IMG/VR virus record: IMGVR_UViG_3300011727_000001
Coordinates: 83,900-110,579 of that record
DNA: 26,680 nucleotides
Origin: a virus
Taxonomy: Duplodnaviria; Heunggongvirae; Uroviricota; Caudoviricetes
Reading direction: 5' to 3' (one strand)
The translations under genes were made by a program, and so were the position numbers. Shown here piece by piece: positions 25,776 through 26,680 of the stretch (within the stretch, counting starts at the first letter, position 1; the number at the start of each line of letters is the position of its first letter). The notes under the pieces are model-generated. The model saw only the letters and a list, made by a program, of their open reading frames with translations, was not told the DNA's origin and did not search any database.

Positions 25776-26125
25776 TACGCCCTCGTGATTGGCTTCTGCA
25801 CTGGCACGGCGAGACGAAAACCAAGATGTGTTGGTTCGCTCAAGTCGGTTCGTGCAATATCAATAAAAGCGGTGCGCGCCGGCCAGCTTGCCGTAACATC
25901 ACCAGGGATCATAAGTTCAAGCGTGGTTTCATCGATACGCCTGACCCCACCATTGTCGGTGGTAAGCTCGTGAAGAACATCATTGACGTCTGGAGAGCGT
26001 CTCATTTGCGCACGGAATGTGGATGCAGCGGTAAAGGCGCCATTTGTGATCTTCAGACGCATAACCCAAACGTAACCGGCGATAATAACTTTACCCGGAA
26101 CCTTTTCCGATGATGAACACAGCAT
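25775..26125 (-). CDS. Small tail/baseplate-associated protein (fibre adaptor-like), 116 aa
   Basis: AAGGAG RBS; TAATG coupling to fibre gene; beta-rich composition. Function inferred from position. Confidence 0.7.
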   Translation of the reverse strand: MLCSSSEKVPGKVIIAGYVWVMRLKITNGAFTAASTFRAQMRRSPDVNDVLHELTTDNGGVRRIDETTLELMIPGDVTASWPARTAFIDIARTDLSEPTHLGFRLAVPVQKPITRA

Positions 26126-26148
26126 ACCATTCTCCTTTGTGGAGATTA

Positions 26149-26166
26149 TAAGTAAGTGGTTACTTT
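26149..26166. promoter_or_regulatory. Operator TAAGTAAGTGGTTACTTT upstream of the tail-fibre module
   Basis: One mismatch to consensus. Confidence 0.7.
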
Positions 26167-26273
26167 TTGTCGAGCCGGAAGTGTCTTCCCTGATCCTCTT
26201 GCATACTAATAATCTTATTATCTAATAAGATATAAATACTTAGAATGAAGAAGGATGAGGGAAACACTCCGGT

Positions 26274-26579
26274 TCAATAGGATTTCCACACTTCGTCGTA
26301 AAAAGCTTCACAACGATCTTGCCGGTCATACTGTCTCTGCAGTGCTTTACGTTCATTTCGCAGCACTGTTCGAACCTCAGTTCCGGCAATTAAATTCGCG
26401 TGCGCCTCTTTGTGGCGTTCAGCGCATTCACTTGGTCGCGCCGGTAGACTTACATTAGCTTCTGCCACCGCTTTGGAAACGCTTGCTTCAATTAGGCGTT
26501 TTTCATGATTTGCGCAGCCAGTTAATGTCATCAGCATCAAGCTCACAACGGCGACCGGCTTCATTGAGACGAGCTTCAT
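26274..26579 (-). CDS. Outer-membrane spanin (Rz1-like lipoprotein)
   Basis: Signal peptide with lipobox LTG-C, then Pro/Cys-containing helical domain; start at 26579 or 26564; overlaps the upstream gene in another frame. Confidence 0.75.
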   Translation of the reverse strand: MKLVSMKPVAVVSLMLMTLTGCANHEKRLIEASVSKAVAEANVSLPARPSECAERHKEAHANLIAGTEVRTVLRNERKALQRQYDRQDRCEAFYDEVWKSY

Positions 26580-26680
26580 AATCAGCGTTCTCCTGTTCAA
26601 GACGAGCCATATCCGCTTGGTTCTGCTTAGTGGCTTTGGCGAGTGCGTTTGCGTGATTAGCTGAAATTCGCTCAGCTGCT
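26503..26680 (-). CDS. Inner-membrane spanin (Rz-like), 3' end only (not in ORF track)
   Basis: Manual translation ...AAERISANHANALAKATKQNQADMARLEQENADYEARLNEAGRRCELDADDINWLRKS*: coiled coil with a C-terminal Cys, overlapping the lipoprotein gene. Confidence 0.7.
   Translation of the reverse strand, partial: AAERISANHANALAKATKQNQADMARLEQENADYEARLNEAGRRCELDADDINWLRKS

Noticed and set aside
26225-26242. Possible 13th operator copy
   Set aside because: Only the right half-site (ATACTTA) matches and spacing is off.
1-26680. tRNA/rRNA genes, IS elements, integrase, recognisable defence systems
   Set aside because: No supporting motifs seen by eye; tRNAscan-SE and DefenseFinder were not run.

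Overview
A 26.7-kb segment of a large temperate phage genome, most likely a phage-plasmid (plasmid prophage) of an alphaproteobacterial (Rhizobiales-type) host; the host is inferred from the RepC initiator. Almost all genes are on the minus strand. In transcription order: overlapping spanins, tail-fibre module (adaptor-like protein, 822-aa fibre with S74 chaperone, gp38-like Gly-rich adhesin), PhoH, hypothetical, Hfq/Sm-like protein, DnaB-like helicase, primase, WGR protein, Cys-rich protein, ATP-dependent ligase, a plus-strand RHH-repC replicon with candidate ctRNA, XRE regulator, CobT-like vWA protein, MoxR/CobS AAA+, sigma-like factor, DnaE with a C-terminal UDG-like domain, UvsY-like protein, gp32-like SSB, 5'-3' exonuclease and RecA (not in the supplied ORF track; cut by the window edge). 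This gene set resembles the SSU5/pHCM2 phage-plasmids of Enterobacteria, but the initiator is a repABC-family RepC. Read directly from the DNA: a 12-copy 18-bp palindromic operator (TAAGTAA-N4-TTACTTA) next to GCTATA-type -10 elements, a candidate ~77-nt sRNA whose CU-rich segment is complementary to three phage ribosome-binding regions, and an Ig-like IPT/TIG domain inserted in the vWA protein. All protein assignments are by motif recognition; no database searches were run.
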